Assembly: GCA_964016885.1 (NCBI GenBank)
Contig: OZ024740.1
Coordinates: forward strand, 322,648,001-322,712,000
Reading direction: 5' to 3'
Length of the DNA: 64,000 nt
From: Eledone cirrhosa
Lineage: Eukaryota
Position 1 is the stretch's first letter; each line of letters starts with the position of its first letter. Positions 42,137 through 59,859 of the stretch are shown here, one piece after another. The translations under genes and the position numbers were made by a program. Under the pieces are notes generated by a model. It saw only the letters and a list, made by a program, of their open reading frames with translations, searched no databases and had not been told where the DNA came from.

Positions 42137-45100
42137 ATGGTTGTGTTAAGAGTAGGTTGTCTAAATGCGCGTGGCTTGGGCTCACCTTGGAAGCAAGCTA
42201 AACTTCTAAATGACCTCAGGTCACGAGGTATAAATGTGATGGTTATTTGCGAGGCAGGATCAGCAGCGTGCAACAACTAGCCCCCACCTTTGATGACTCT
42301 GTCAGCTCGGAGGTGGGGGTGGGGTTGTCGTTCTGCTGCAAAAACATCTGGGCCTCGCTACACAGACGGTACACTTAGACCCGGAGGGTCGACTAGTGGT
42401 TCTGGACATTGGCAGTGGTGAAGGAAAAGCTTTTAGGCTAGTCGCCGTTTACGCCCCTTTTGGGGCAATGCGGTCGGACTTCTTCCATCGTCTGGAGACT
42501 TTTCTAGGGACGTCCCGCTCCTTGCTTTTAGTGGGGGACTGGAATGGTATCTTAGATGCACGTTGGGACTATGTAGGGGCATGTCCCGATAGAGGGGGGT
42601 GTAACAACCTCAAGGGGTTAATCGGCCGATTTGACCTGGCCGATAGATATCGACTAGATTTTCCGACTGTGCCAACCTGGACTTGGACAAACCACAGCGG
42701 TCAATCTAGATCGTACCTAGATAGGTTCTTAGTTAGAATTAAGGATAGGGACTTTTTAAGTTGTCCAGAAATGCTCATGGTGGGCTATTCAGACCAAAAG
42801 TTAGTGACCTGCGTAGTCCACCTTGATAGAACGCATAGGCAGAGACCCGGTTACTGGAAGCTCAACTTGTCCTTACCGGCAAGTAGAGCTTACAGGGACC
42901 GGATTAGAACCTTAGTTAAGGAGCGGTTGATCGGTGCCATCGTCAACAGCAGGTGGTGGGGCTCTCTGAAAAGAGAGATTAAAGTAGTTTCAATAGGAGT
43001 TAGTAAGGAGTTAGCCTCAGATAGAAATAGGAAGGAAAGGGAGTTGGTAGTTAATGTTGAAGAGGCAATGAGAAGCGGAAACGTGGCCAGAGTGCAAGCG
43101 TCGAGAACGGCCTTGAGCCAGTTCTTCGACGCGAAACACGAAGGCTGCGTTGTCCGAAGCAAAATACGTGCTCTGGGAAACGAGGGGACCAAAGCTGTTA
43201 GCTGGGTCCGCGTGACAGAAGCCAAAAGTGGGATTAGATCCACTATCCGGTCTTTGCAAAACCAGGATGGACGGGTGATCCTTGAACCTAAGCAAATGTG
43301 CGAGACCTTTCAAAGGCACTTTTCCCGATTGTTCGGGAGGGGCGGGGGGCCGGTTGGAGATGTGGATTTCGGTCCATACCTCGACGGCCTGCCGCGTCTT
43401 TCAGACAAGGAGGCGAGGTCCTGCGACGGGCCGATCTCAGCTGCTGAAATAGGGGACGTGCTGAGCCTATGCGGCAAACGCAAATCTCCAGGGGTCGATG
43501 GTCTGCCCTACGAACTATATATTAATATGCCGGACTTGTTCCCCGATCTCCTCGAGGCGGTCTACTGCGACTGGCAACAGAACGGGAGAATTCCCTGTTC
43601 TGTGACCAAGGGCGTAGTCTCACTAGTGAGGAAGGACGAGAACAAGGGGGATGACATTAGTAATTTTAGGCCCATAACTCTGCTAAATGCAGAGTTAAAG
43701 ATTTTGGCCAAGGTGTTAGCGAAGAGGTTGTGCTTGTCGTGGGGGGCCTGGTGGGAGATGCGCAGACATGCGCTATCCCGTCCAGGTCCATCCACGACAA
43801 CCTCCACCTCATGCGATACATCATAGAGGGGGTTGGGAACGAACCCGGCTTTGGTGGGGCCCTGATAAATGTAGATCAGTCTAAAACTTTCGATAGGATG
43901 GACCTGGATGCGGTGCTAGCGGCGACTGGTTTCGGACCCGTTTTCAGGGGCTGGATCACTGCCATGCACAGCAGCCGCATCTGCTCTAGAGTCAAGGTGA
44001 ACGGCTACCTCTCGGAGCCGTTCGAAATCACCCGCTCCATCCGACAGGGGTGCCCTCTCTCCTCCCTTCTGTATGTATTGGCTCTCGAGCCACTACTGCG
44101 GAAGTTGGAGTTGTTGCAGGGCATCCCTTTGGAACCGGGATTGCGCAAAGCGGTGTCGGCCTACGCCGATGACGTAACAGTAATGGTGTCGACCACCGCG
44201 GAAATCGAGGCAATCGGCACCTTACTGGAGGAGTACGAAAGGTTGACAGGGGCTAAGCTGAACCGGGACAAGTCAGTCGCTTTGCAACTCGGCGAGTGGA
44301 GGGGCAAACCGATGTCGTCCGACAGTATCGTCGGACGGTGGACGGAGGGCCCGGTGAAGTTGCTTGGGGTCTGGTTCGGACCGGACCTCCAGGTGGAGAA
44401 AAACTGGGGTGAAGTGACAAATAGGGTGCTTGCACTGACCCAGAAGTGGGCCGAGTGCAAACTATCCCTGAAAGGTCGGGCGGAGGTGGCGAACGCTTAC
44501 ATAGCGTCCGTCATCTATTACCGCTTGACTGTCGTGCCTTGCCTGGGTGAGATCCTCTCTTTGGAGCGCGCTCTCTTTCACTTCCTTTGGAAGAAGAGGT
44601 CTCCCCTGGTGAGGAGATCCATTTGCTGTCAACACCCTTTGAAAGGAGGGCTGGGGATGCCGTGGCTAAAAATGCGTAAACACGCATTGAGGCTACGGCA
44701 CCTCCAGGTATTCCTCACCGGTCAACCGGTGTGGGCCCTGTTTGTGAGACGAGACTTCGAGAGGTTCGTCTCGCTCACCGAGCTGCAGTCCTGGGTGAAG
44801 CAAAGACCGAGAAAACCGTCGCGCACGCATTGGTATACTGCACGGGCGTTACCGATCTGTGGGGCTATGTCGAACAACTGCTGTCACGGGTGAGACCAAT
44901 TAGGTTGACCACCGAGTCCATTGTAACGACCAAGCCGCCCCCCTTCAAAAATGAAGGAGAGGCGGTCTTCCTCTATGTAATAGCCATGGTAAAAGAGGTT
45001 GTATGGTGGACGCGTCTAAAAGGGCTGAGGTCGGACACCTTTTTTTCCGGCCAACAACTGGTCCTTTTCTTCCGATACCATTTCGGAAGAAGGATCAGGA

Positions 45101-45201
45101 TGGAGAGAGAGGTGCTCCACCCCAGCCAGTTTTATGAAAGGTGGGTGAAAGTTGCGAGAATGGACCGTGTGAATGGGCCTTCTCTCTATATCAGCCTGTA
45201 G
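42137..45201 (+). pseudogene. Tx1 ORF2 (APE endonuclease plus reverse transcriptase), disrupted
   Basis: APE motifs LRVGCLNARGL, AVYAP, GDWN, SYLDRF and YWKLN; RT motifs KSPGVDGLP, FRPITLLN, DQSKTFD, RQGCPLS, AYADD and LGVWF. Confidence 0.9.
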
Positions 45202-45601
45202 ATGGAAAAGGAAGAAGGGAGCACCCTCTCTTTGTGCTCCCGTAGAGAAAGGTCGCACATTTTTTTTCGGGGGTGTGTGTGACCCCAAAACGATCCCTCC
45301 CTATTGAGGACCTTTTTGTTATAATTTTATTTGTTATTAATTTTTTTTCTCGATTTATATGTAAACTCACCCCCCCCATGCATATGTCCTTTTCTTTTGT
45401 GCCCTTGTGGCAAATAAATAGAAATTTATCTATCTATCTACCTATCTCTCTCTCTGACTATCTCCCCCCCCCCTCTCTCACCCCTCACAAGGTGTGATAA
45501 CTTGTTTCTTCAACCGTAGATTATTCTACCATAATCAGTCCCATGTACGGAAGGATCAACAGAGATTCTGCTTCTTAAGTAGAAAAATAAAATGACTTAT
45601 T

Positions 45602-45912
45602 ACCCCACCCAATAGGTTCTTAACCACCCAATAAGTTCTTCCCCACCCAATAAGTTCTTCCCCACCCAATATGTTCTTCCCCACCCAATAGGTTCTTCCC
45701 CACCCAATAGGTTCTTCCCCACCCAATAAGTTCTTCCCCACCCAATATGTTCTTCCCCACCCAATAGGTTCTCCCCCACCCAATAAGTTCTTCCCCACCC
45801 AACAGGTTCTTCCCCACCCAATAAGTTTTTCCCCACCCAATAGGTTCTTCCCCACCCAATAAGTTCTTACCCACCCAATAGGTTCTTCCCCACCCAATAG
45901 GTTCTTCCCCAC
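45602..45912. repeat. 19-bp minisatellite (CCCCACCCAATARGTTCTT)
   Basis: CCACCCAAT recurs at 45605, 45624, 45643 and onward. Confidence 0.95.
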
Positions 45913-46765
45913 ATCCTACAAATAAAACAATAAGGAGAATATGTAAAATTAATAGAATTTCTCATAAAATGATACATGTGATAAAGACCGATATTTTACT
46001 GTAATATGGCGGTGGAAATACACACATACATCCACATATACTGTATATACATATATATACATATATACATATACTCATATATATACATATATACATATAT
46101 ACATATATATATACATATATATATATATATACATATAAACATATACATAAAACATATAAACATATACTCACATATTTACACATAACTCTCACATATACGC
46201 ACACCCATATATACTCATACAACCATACGCACCCATACATACTCACATATACACACACCCATATATACTCATACAAACATACGCACCCATACATACTCAC
46301 ATATACACACACCCATACATACTCATATAAACATACGCACCCATACATACTCACATATACACACACCCATACATACTCATACAAACATACGCACCCATAC
46401 ATACTCACATATACACACACCCATACATACTCATACAAACATACGCACCCATACATACTCACATATACACATATACACACACCCATACATACTCACATAT
46501 ACAAATATACACGCACCCACACACATTCACATATACACTTATACATAAACACACCCATACACACTCGCATATACACATAGAGTCACATCCATACCGACTC
46601 ACATATACATATATACTCACACACCCATATGCACTCATATACACATATACTCTCACACATACGCACATATACATATATACTCACACCCATTCACATACAC
46701 ATATGCAAATACATACACACATACGCTCACATACTCTTATACACACGCTCCCACACACTGACACC

Positions 46766-46884
<119 letters not shown>

Positions 46885-47119
46885 ATACTATGTATATATA
46901 TATATATGTATATATACATAGACACACACACACACATATATACGTATATTCAAGCATGTATGTATGTATATATATATGTATGTATGTCAGGTCACCAGTT
47001 GGTGCTACTGGTAACATGTATCCCAGTACAGCCTGTCCCATGGTCGGGTCGTTGGCGACTAAACTGGCAACCCCACCAATGTTTCTTGGTGAGGAGGGTG
47101 ACTTTGGACATCCTGCAGT

Positions 47120-48232
<1,113 letters not shown>

Positions 48233-48906
48233 TTTTAGTCCCGCAGGATGTCCAAAGTCACCCTCCTCACCAAGAAACCTTGGTGGGGTTGCCAGTTTAG
48301 TCGCCAACGACCCGGCCATGAGACAGGTTGCACTGGCATACTGGTAACATGTATGCCAGTACAACCTGTCTCATGGTCGGGTCGTTGGCGACTAAACTGG
48401 CAACCCCACCAAGGTTTCTTGGTGAGGAGGGTGACTTTGGACATCCTGCAGGACTAAAAACAAAACCTGTCAAAGGGCAAAGGAGCTCTTAAGAGTCAAT
48501 GGCCATCCAAAATCACCGGGAGAGATGACCCCTTAGCCTTTGTCAAGGCAGAATTCTAGGAGAAGGAAAACTCTGATATAACACCTGCAACCCTGATGGT
48601 ATCCAATGATGTTGACTTGTTCTTCTTTTTGGTAAATGTCATCTTGGTTAAGAGAGTGGGACTGGCTTTGTGCAGTGCCTTTGCTCACTATAAAAGCTTC
48701 ACGGCACAGGCATTTCTTTATATCTGGAGATCTCTCTGCACTTGTCATCACATGTGTCAATAATTGTCACAGGTGTAGTGTTTGTACCAGAGTTTTCAAG
48801 TCGCTGGCTGGACTAAAAAGCCACACTCGTTCAGCGCATCGGTAGGGGTTCTCCTACATAGGTATAAAGTAGTGGCCGTACTCGAAAACGAGTTGGCAGC
48901 CACCAT
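48233..48906 (+). mobile_element. Bipartite RTE-derived element with its 5' ~110 bp folded back as a palindrome (48233-48460)
   Basis: Overlapping mirror-image ORFs 48235-48444(-) and 48248-48457(+); the 3' end encodes CHRCSVCTRVFKSLAGLKSHTRSAHR* and is followed by a (TATG)n tail. Confidence 0.75.
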
Positions 48907-48915
48907 GTATGTATG

Positions 48916-48976
<61 letters not shown>

Positions 48977-51900
48977 ACACACATATATATATATACATAT
49001 ACATAGACACACACATATATACATATATTCAAGCAAAAACATATATATAGCTACACACACAAACACACATACTCACATACACATACACTCATGTACACAC
49101 ATATATATGAACACAGTTACACAGTCACATACAAACACACATATACAGAAGAAATGGATACGCACATATACACATACAGACTTACAAACTAACTTATACA
49201 CTCACACACATACACACACACGCACACACACACACACACACACATACACACATATATGTACATACAGAGTTAAGTAGGCACACAGTTATATACAAACACA
49301 CACACACATAAACATACAAAAATGGATACGCACACGTACACATACAAAAATAGATACGTACACATACACATACATACTTACAAACTGACATATACACACA
49401 CACAATCGCACACACACACACACATGTACATACAGACACAAGTAGGCACACAGTTATACACAAACACAGGCATACATAAACATACAAAAATGGATACGCA
49501 CACATACAAACTGACATACACACACACACACTCTCTCACACACACATATGTACAATCAGACACCAGTAGGCACACAGTCACACACAAACTCACACATACA
49601 TAATCATACAAAAATGGATGCACACACATACAAACTGACATACACACACACACACACACGCTCTCTCACACACACATATGTACATACAGGCACAAGTAGG
49701 CACACAGTTATACACAGTCACACACAAACACACACATAAGCATACACAAATGGATACACACACATACAAACTGACATATACACACACACACACTCTCTCT
49801 CACACACACACATATGTACATACAGACACAAGTAGGCACACAGTCATACACAAACACACACACAAACACACACACATAAACATACAAAAATGGATACACA
49901 CATACAAACTAACATATACACAAACGAACATACATACACACACATAAACACACAACATAACACAAACACACACACAATAACAACAATAACAACAGCAATA
50001 ACAACAACAAACAAGAAAGCATTCATTAGAATTAAAGTGAAATAAAGTGAAATGAGGCGATATGACACGCCATGATATAACAACAACAACAACACACATT
50101 TCTCTATATATAGACATACACATACATACAGACACATACACGTACATACGTACACATACATATACAGGCATATACAAGCATATACAGGCATATACACGTA
50201 CATACGTACACATACATACACACACATACACATAAACGTGCACACAGACGCACACGTTCATAGAGACATACACATACATACAGACACACATGCACACATA
50301 TACACATACATGCATATGTGCACACATACGTACACATACACACATACATACATATACACATACACACAGACACACACATACAGACACACATACTTACACA
50401 CATACATATACACATGCACACACACGCATACACATACATGCACATGTGCACACAGACGTAAACATACAGACACATACATACATACACACATACCCACACA
50501 TACACATACATACATACGTGCACACAGATATACACATACAGACACTCATACATACACACATGCACACACACATACAGACACATACAGACACATACATACA
50601 TACACACATACATATACACATGCACACACACATACACATACATGCATACGTGCACACGCATACCCATACAGACACATACATACATACATACACACACACA
50701 TATACACACATACACATACATACATACGTGCACACAGACATACACATACAGACACCCATACATACACACATGCACACACACACACATACATGCATATGTG
50801 CACACAGACGTACACATACAGACACATACAAGCACACACAAACCCATACATGCATACGTGCACACAGACATACAGATACAGACACATACATACACACATA
50901 CACACACATACACATACATGCATACGTGCACACAGACGTACACATACAGACACACATACATACACACATGCATACGTGCATACGTGCACACAGACATTCA
51001 CATACAGACACATATACGCCAGACACGTGTACACATACATATGCATAGCCATACACATATAAACACACATACACACACATAGACACATACACAACAGATA
51101 CGTGCACACAGACATACACATACATACACACATACTTACACACTACACACACATACACATACATACACGACAGACACATGCACGCTGACATACACATACA
51201 TACGTGCACACAGAGATACACATATACATACATACATACACATACACACACAGACACACGTACACATAGCCATACACATGGCCATACATACACATATGCA
51301 CATGAACATTCTACTATCAACCACAACAATAACAATAAGAACAACAATAACAACAACAATAACAACAACAATAACGACAACGATAACAACAACAACAACA
51401 ACAGTAACAACAACAACAATAACAACAACAATAGCAACAACAATAACAACAACAACAATAACAACAACAATAACAACAACAATAACAACAACAAAAATAA
51501 CAACAACAATAACAATAACAACAACAATAACAACAACAACAATAACAACAACAATAACAACACTAAAACAACAACAACAACAATAACAACAACAATAACA
51601 ACAACAACAATAACAACAACAACAATAACAACAACAACAGTAACAACAACAACAGTAACAACAACAACAATAACAACAACAATAACAACAACACTAAAAC
51701 AACAACAATAACATTAACAACAACAATAACAACAACAACAATAACAACAACAATAACAACAACAATAACAATAACAATAACAACAACAATAACAATAACA
51801 ACAACAACAATAACAATAACAATAACAACAACAATAACAATAACAACAACAATCAAACAAGAGGGAGGGACGAGACAAAAATGATGATTAAATGAAAGAA

Positions 51901-52014
51901 ATAATTGCTTTCAATGATATTTGTTGAATAAGTAATGGGAGAACTCTTTCATTCTTTCATTCTGTCTATCTTTGACCTCCTCCTCCTCCCCCTCCTCCTC
52001 GTCGTCGTCGTCGT

Positions 52015-53146
52015 CGTGTGTAGGTGTGCGTATATATATATATGCACATGTTTGTGTGTGTATGTGTGTAGGTGTGTGTGTATATATATATATATGCACA
52101 TGTTTGTGTGTGTATGTGTGTAGGTGTGTGTGTATATATATATATATGCACATGTTTGTGTGTGTATGTGTGTAGGTGTGTGTGTATATATATATATGCA
52201 CATGTTTGTGTGTGTAGGTGTGTATATATATATGCACATGTTTGTGTGTGTATGTGTGTATATATATGCACATGTTTGTGTGTGTATGTGTGTATATATG
52301 TGCACATGTTTGTGTGTGTATGTGTGTATATATATATGCACATGTTTGTGTGTGTATGTGTGTAGGTGTTTATGTATATGCACATGTTTGTGTGTGTATG
52401 TGTGTAGGTGTGTGTGTATATATATATATGCACATGTTTGTGTGTGTAGGTGTGTATATATATATGCACATGTTTGTGTGTGTATGTGTGTATATATATG
52501 CACATGTTTGTGTGTGTATGTGTGTATATATGTGCACATGTTTGTGTGTGTATGTGTGTATATATATATGCACATGTTTGTGTGTGTATGTGTGTAGGTG
52601 TTTATGTATATGCACATGTTTGTGTGTGTATGTGTGTAGGTGTTTATGTATATGCATATGTTTGTGTGTGTATGTGTGTAGGTGTGTGTATATATATATA
52701 TATGCACATGTTTGTGTGTGTATGTGTGTAGGTGTGTATATATATAAGCACATGTTTGTGTGTGTATGTGTGTATATATATGCACATGTTTGTGTGTGTA
52801 TCTATGTAGGTGTGTATATATATGCACATGTTTGTGTGTGTCTGTGTGTATGTGTGTATATATATGCACATGTTTGTGTGTGTATGTATGTAGGTGTGTA
52901 TATATATGCACATGTTTGTGTGTGCATGTGTGTAGGTGTGTATATATATGCACATGTTTGTGTGTGTATGTGTGTAGGTGTGTATATATATATGCACATG
53001 TTTGTGTGTGTATGTGTGTAGGTGTGTATATATATGCACATGTTTGTGTGTGTATGTGTGTATGTGTGTATATATATGCACATGTTTGTGTGTGTATGTA
53101 TGTATATATATGCACATGTTTGTGTGTGTATGTGTGTAGGTGTGTG
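52015..53146. repeat. Compound satellite (TA)n-TGCACATGTTT-(GT)n-AGGT
   Basis: About 30 recurrences of GCACATGTTTGTGTG. Confidence 0.9.
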
Positions 53147-54167
53147 TTTTAAAATATCTTCATGTTATTGCTGTTGTTGCGGTATTTTTTCCCTTAAAAT
53201 TTCCGCCGCTTCCATTTACTTGTAAAAAAGGGGAAATAAAGCCCCCCCCCCTCCCCTCCACCAGCTCCCTATACTTGAACATTATTGGGGATGGTTCTAC
53301 TTTCATTTCTTTAAGAAGGTTGGAAATATATACACACATGCATATTCACACATACATATGCACATAACTACACATACACTAACATGGATATGAAGGAACA
53401 CACATATAAACACATACATATACATGCATACACACGCTCATAGATCTATACACGCGCATACATAAGCACACACATATTCACACACACGTATATACCTCGC
53501 TACGCATAAACAAACTTTCTTTATGAGGGATGGAAATTCGCATACACACACACACGCGCATACATACACACGCATACACACACACGCGCGCATACACAGT
53601 GCATATACAGTGCATACACAGTGCATACACACATACACACATACACACATACACACATACACACATACGCATACACAGTGCATACACACATACACACACG
53701 CATACACAGTGCATACACACATACACACACAAACGGGTTTTCTCACCAAAATTCCTATTTGAACCCGCCAAATTCCAATGTCTATGAAGAATTGGGTAAT
53801 GAGGTCCTCGTGCTTTTGTATATGGTTGATTTTTGAGCCTTACAACTTCAGCTCGTCGACAAAGAAAAATGGAAAATACTTTTGGGTTCATTTTTATGAA
53901 CATTATATTTTGTGAGCACATATGATACTGAGTTTAACGAGAGGACGCCGTGCAAAACAGACAAACTATGTGCGGCAAAATGTCCTCTTAATAGTCTACC
54001 GTATCAAACTCAATTTACTTCTTATCACCTCTAAGAAGAAAAGTGGTTTAAATGTTGGTCAGGCGTTGGATAGCAGCTACTATTCTCCTACACAAAATAT
54101 TTAGTGCACCAGACCTCTATTTCTGGAAAGACAAAAACAGACATTATATATATATATCCTATAATTG

Positions 54168-55090
54168 TTACTCGCGGTGTTCCTTCTTCTGAGGGGCTGT
54201 TGACGTTAAGATTTTAAGGAGGAACTCGGCAGTATGGAATCCGGGGACACTTGAGGTCTTGACGGTGACCGGTGCACATAGGAAGCGGTTGGACAAGCAC
54301 CGGTATTTGCTTAATTCAAAGGCCAGTCTTGTAATATACTGTGTGGATTCAGCTCGAAAATTTCACCACTTTTTCTATATATATAATTGTTTCTACCTTT
54401 GGCACAAGGCCAGCAATTATCCCAGTATATTACTGGTACTTTATTTTATCGACTCCGTAAAGATGAAAGGCAAAGTTAACCTCGGCTGGATTTGAACTCA
54501 GACCACAAAGGGCCGTAACTCTTTGCTGCAAAGCATGGCGTTCGACCCTCTACCGAAACTGTCAATCTGTGCTCATGACAGGTGCAATGCGTCCGAACAC
54601 GGAAGAGCCGAACTCCCACCGTCATCGCCCCCATCTCTCTCACCATCCCCATCTCTCTGTATAGTGAGCAAATGGGGTTCCACGTACTGGTCGCCCCACA
54701 GCCCCGACGGACAGAATGGAGAAGGCGTTTCCCCGGAGGATGGAAAGGGAGATGCGTTGGAAGGGCCATTCCATCTCGCGAGGCTCACACCTGTGTTTGG
54801 CCAGCTCAGCTTGTTGTGGAACTTTGACTAATTGCAAAGTCCTGATAATCCGTCCATGTGGTATACTATCAAAAGCCTTCTGGTGGTCCGGCCACACTAC
54901 AAACGATTTCTTGTAGTTCTTCACTGGTTTTTCTTTGGATCATTTTGTTAAATAGTAGCTGCTCTATAGGGCCTCACACTTCCTTCTTTCTCTCAACTTG
55001 TTCAGGTGTTATGATGCTATTAGTGGCACAATGAATCTGCAAAAACAGATTGAGGTATCCAATGTATAATTTATACATGGTGTTCTGGTA
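54168..55090 (-). pseudogene. Scrambled LINE remnants: CRE C-termini (54168-54330, 54690-54810), R4/Dong-type RT piece (54810-55090), SINE A (54385-54565)
   Basis: KYRCLSNRFLCAPVTVKTSSVPG and PREMEWPFQRISLSILRGNAFS are homologous to the 14904-15530 peptide. VVWPDHQKAFDSIPH is an RT motif. Confidence 0.7.
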
Positions 55091-55589
55091 CACGTGGGTT
55101 CGATTCCTGGGTTGTGTGTTGTGTTCAAAGCATGGCGTCCGACCTTCTACCAATACTGCCAATCCACCTATAATATTAATAATAACGATAATGATTTCTA
55201 ATTTCGGGAGAGGGTTCAGCATTTGGTGCAGAGAAATATTAAGGACTGAGAAACCCTATAATAATTGACAGGTACATATTTTATCTAATCCCAGCTTGTT
55301 TATATTATTTTATCTATCTAGGAAATATGAAGGGTAAATTCCACCCCCGCGGGATTTGAACTCAGAATGTAAATAAACATAATTCAATAAGGCAGGACGC
55401 TCCAATAATACTGCCAAACATATAATCAGAGAGAACATAGATATATATCTATAGATTCATATCTCTGCAGCTTTCACTCTCTCTGCCCTCTCCCTTCCCC
55501 CTCTCTCTCCTACTATGTTTACATGCACACATATAATAAAAAGTCTATATATGAATATATATATATATATGTGTGCATCGGTATATATA

Positions 55590-55626
<37 letters not shown>

Positions 55627-55709
55627 GCACATGCACACACACGCACACACGCACACACATACATATATATATCTATATCTATATATATATATACACACAC
55701 ATGCACGCG

Positions 55710-55745
<36 letters not shown>

Positions 55746-56207
55746 CATAAACATATCTCCCTATATTTAGTCATATCCCTGGATTTGTCCTTCTCTAACT
55801 CTCTCTCTCACACACATATACACACACATATATAGATTCAAAAATGCACACACATGTAGTAACAAACACAGTCTCTCTCTCTCACACACACACACACACA
55901 CGTACGATAACAAATACAGTCACACACATTCTCATACAGGTTCAAACATAGACACACACAAACATACACGCCATCACACGCGTGTCTTCAACGAACCTTG
56001 ATAAAGAAATGTTTGTTTAGAATAATCTTGATATTTGATAATGATTTGTGTACGTCAATCTCGCGTTAAAGGACTCTCTCTATTGGAACAACTGGATCAC
56101 TAAGATATACATACATTTTGGATATATACATATGTATATATACATATATATATTTTGGATATATATATATGTGTATATATACATATATAAATGTATATAT
56201 ATGTATT

Positions 56208-56251
<44 letters not shown>

Positions 56252-56440
56252 TATGCGTTGGTATATATATATATATACCAACGCATATGTACATATGTAC
56301 GTGTATATGTATATGCATATGCATACACACATATATACACACACACACACACTCATATATATGTATATATATGCATATGTATATATATGTATGTGTATCT
56401 ATATACATATGTATATATATATGTATACATATGTGTACAC

Positions 56441-56472
<32 letters not shown>

Positions 56473-57123
56473 GTATGTATGTGTGTGTGTGTGAGTGAGT
56501 GTGAAAATAAACTGGAGATGGTTGCTAAATAAATCTGATTGTCACAGCTGGGTTAATCCAGCAGCAGAACCAGGAAATGAAATCAAGTTTAACTCGATAT
56601 TAAATCCTGATCCACTGAGCTGTGTTTTAGTATCATTAACATTCAGGTTGGTAAAGTTTACAGTTGAACACATCAACTTAATCTCCGCTTAGAATAGAGA
56701 AAAAACACACAAAGTATTTACTAAGAATTTTCAAAGATTTTTGCCTATTATTCATCAATGCATCCACTATCGTGTTATTGCTGTAAAGCTGGTGGGCAGT
56801 TGTTATGTATGTATGTATGTATGTATGTATGTATGTATGTATGTATGTATGTATGTATGTATGTATGTATGTATGTATGTATGTATGTATGTATGCATGT
56901 ATGAATGTGTGTGTGTATGTATGTATGTGTGAATGTGTGTGTGAATGTGTGTGTGTGTATGTATGTGTGAATGTGTGTGTGTGTGTGTGTATGTATGTGT
57001 GAATGTGTGTGTGTATGTATGTACGTATGTATATATGTATGCTTGTATGTATGTGTGTATGTATCTATATTTGTATGTATGTATGCATGTATGTATGTAT
57101 GCCTATATGTATGTATGTATGCC

Positions 57124-57155
<32 letters not shown>

Positions 57156-57263
57156 TGTATGTATGTATGTATGCATGTATGTATGTATGTATGCATGTAT
57201 GTATGTATGCCTATATGTATGTATGTATGCTTATATGTATGTATGCATATATGTATGTATGCG

Positions 57264-57295
<32 letters not shown>

Positions 57296-57835
57296 TGTAT
57301 GTATGTATGTATGTATGTATGTATGCATGTATGTATGCCTATATGTATGTATGTATGCATATATGTATGTATGCCTATATGTATGTAAGTATGCTTATAT
57401 GTATGCCTATATGTATGTATGCGTAAATGTATGTATGTATGTATGTATGTATGTATGCATGTATGTATGCATGTATGTATGCCTATTTGTCTATACGTAT
57501 AATATGTATGTATATATTTATGTACGTACGACTTCAGTTGTGAACTAATTATCGATACAGGTAACTACCTGTGCAGCCGATAGCTATAATAAGATAAAGA
57601 ATAGGCTCAGGTATATTTGTATAAGGTTAGTTATTGATATACTTTAATTACAAAAACCGAAAGGCGACGTGACGTTTCCTGCGTGTAACGAAACCTCACA
57701 TGCCCTCGCTGGCCTTAATTGTTCTTTCCTTCAATCAAATGATGTGGAAGAGAAGCCATTTAATATTAACGAATGCAACAAAAATACAAATATTTCTCCA
57801 AATTTCTTGTACAGTTTTGAAAACTATATATATAT

Positions 57836-58047
57836 ATCAGTCGATCGACTTTCGTCAGATCGGACCGAGGAAACAATGTTTCCATTGGTCTTTCCAATTG
57901 CTAACAGTATCTATCGGTCGCAACTCCAGGTAGAAGGAGCAACATGAAATAAAGAGTCTTGCTCAAGGACATAACGCATCGCTCGGTCCGGTAATCGAAC
58001 TCACAACCTCACGATTGCGAATCCAATCCTGTAACCACTTACCCACC
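57836..58047 (-). mobile_element. CORE-type SINE family B copy
   Basis: Homologous to 3172-3388. Confidence 0.75.
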
Positions 58048-58712
<665 letters not shown>

Positions 58713-59359
58713 GACATATACATATATATATACATATATATATACATACATATACATACATATATATATATACATACATATACATATATACATATATATA
58801 CATACATATACATATATACATATATATACATACATATACACATATATACATATACATATATATATATATACATGTATATATATACATATATACATATACA
58901 TATATATATATATACATATATATACATACATATACACATATATACATATACACATATATATATATACATATATATATATACATATATACATATACATATA
59001 TATATATATACATATACATATATATATATACATATATATATATACATATACATATATATATATACATATATACATATACATATATATATATACATATATA
59101 TATACACATATACATATATACATATACATATATATATATACATATACTTATACATATATACATATATATACATACATATACATATATATATATACATATA
59201 TATATATACATATACATATATATACATATATACATATACATATATATATATACATATACATATATATATATATACATATACATATATATATATACATATA
59301 TATATACATATACATATATATACATATATACATATATATATACATATATACATATATAT

Positions 59360-59408
<49 letters not shown>

Positions 59409-59487
59409 CATATATACATATATATATATACATATACATATACATATATATACATATATATACATATACATACATATATATATATAC

Positions 59488-59524
<37 letters not shown>

Positions 59525-59859
59525 CATATATACATATACATATATACATATATATATATACATACATATACATATATATATGTATATATACATACATATA
59601 CATTGTGTGCAGAGGATATACGCAGACTGGAGAGGAACGAAGCTTGCATGCTCTGCTGAATGTGCAATTGTAATATACGTGAACGGCAAAGCATAATCGA
59701 ACTGTCGTAACACCTACACGACCTCATCTGTTTCGGACTGGATGTTATGGTACCAATATGGCTTTACATTGAAGGGGGTGGTGTGGATGGGGTGGGGGTG
59801 GGGTGATCGGTGGGACGGGCGTGTATTTTTGTTAGAGGTGCCAGCTGACTGTAGGTTTC

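Larger units (their letters stand above)
40387..45426 (+). mobile_element. Full-length Tx1/L1-clade LINE, frameshifted
   Basis: ORF1 has a zinc knuckle, ORF2 has APE and RT domains, and the 3' UTR has AATAAA. (ATCT)n lies on both flanks. Confidence 0.92.

Noticed and set aside
53740-53921. Non-repetitive part of ORF 53478-53921 as a host exon
   Set aside because: No recognisable domain or convincing splice-site pair, and the ORF continues into microsatellite.
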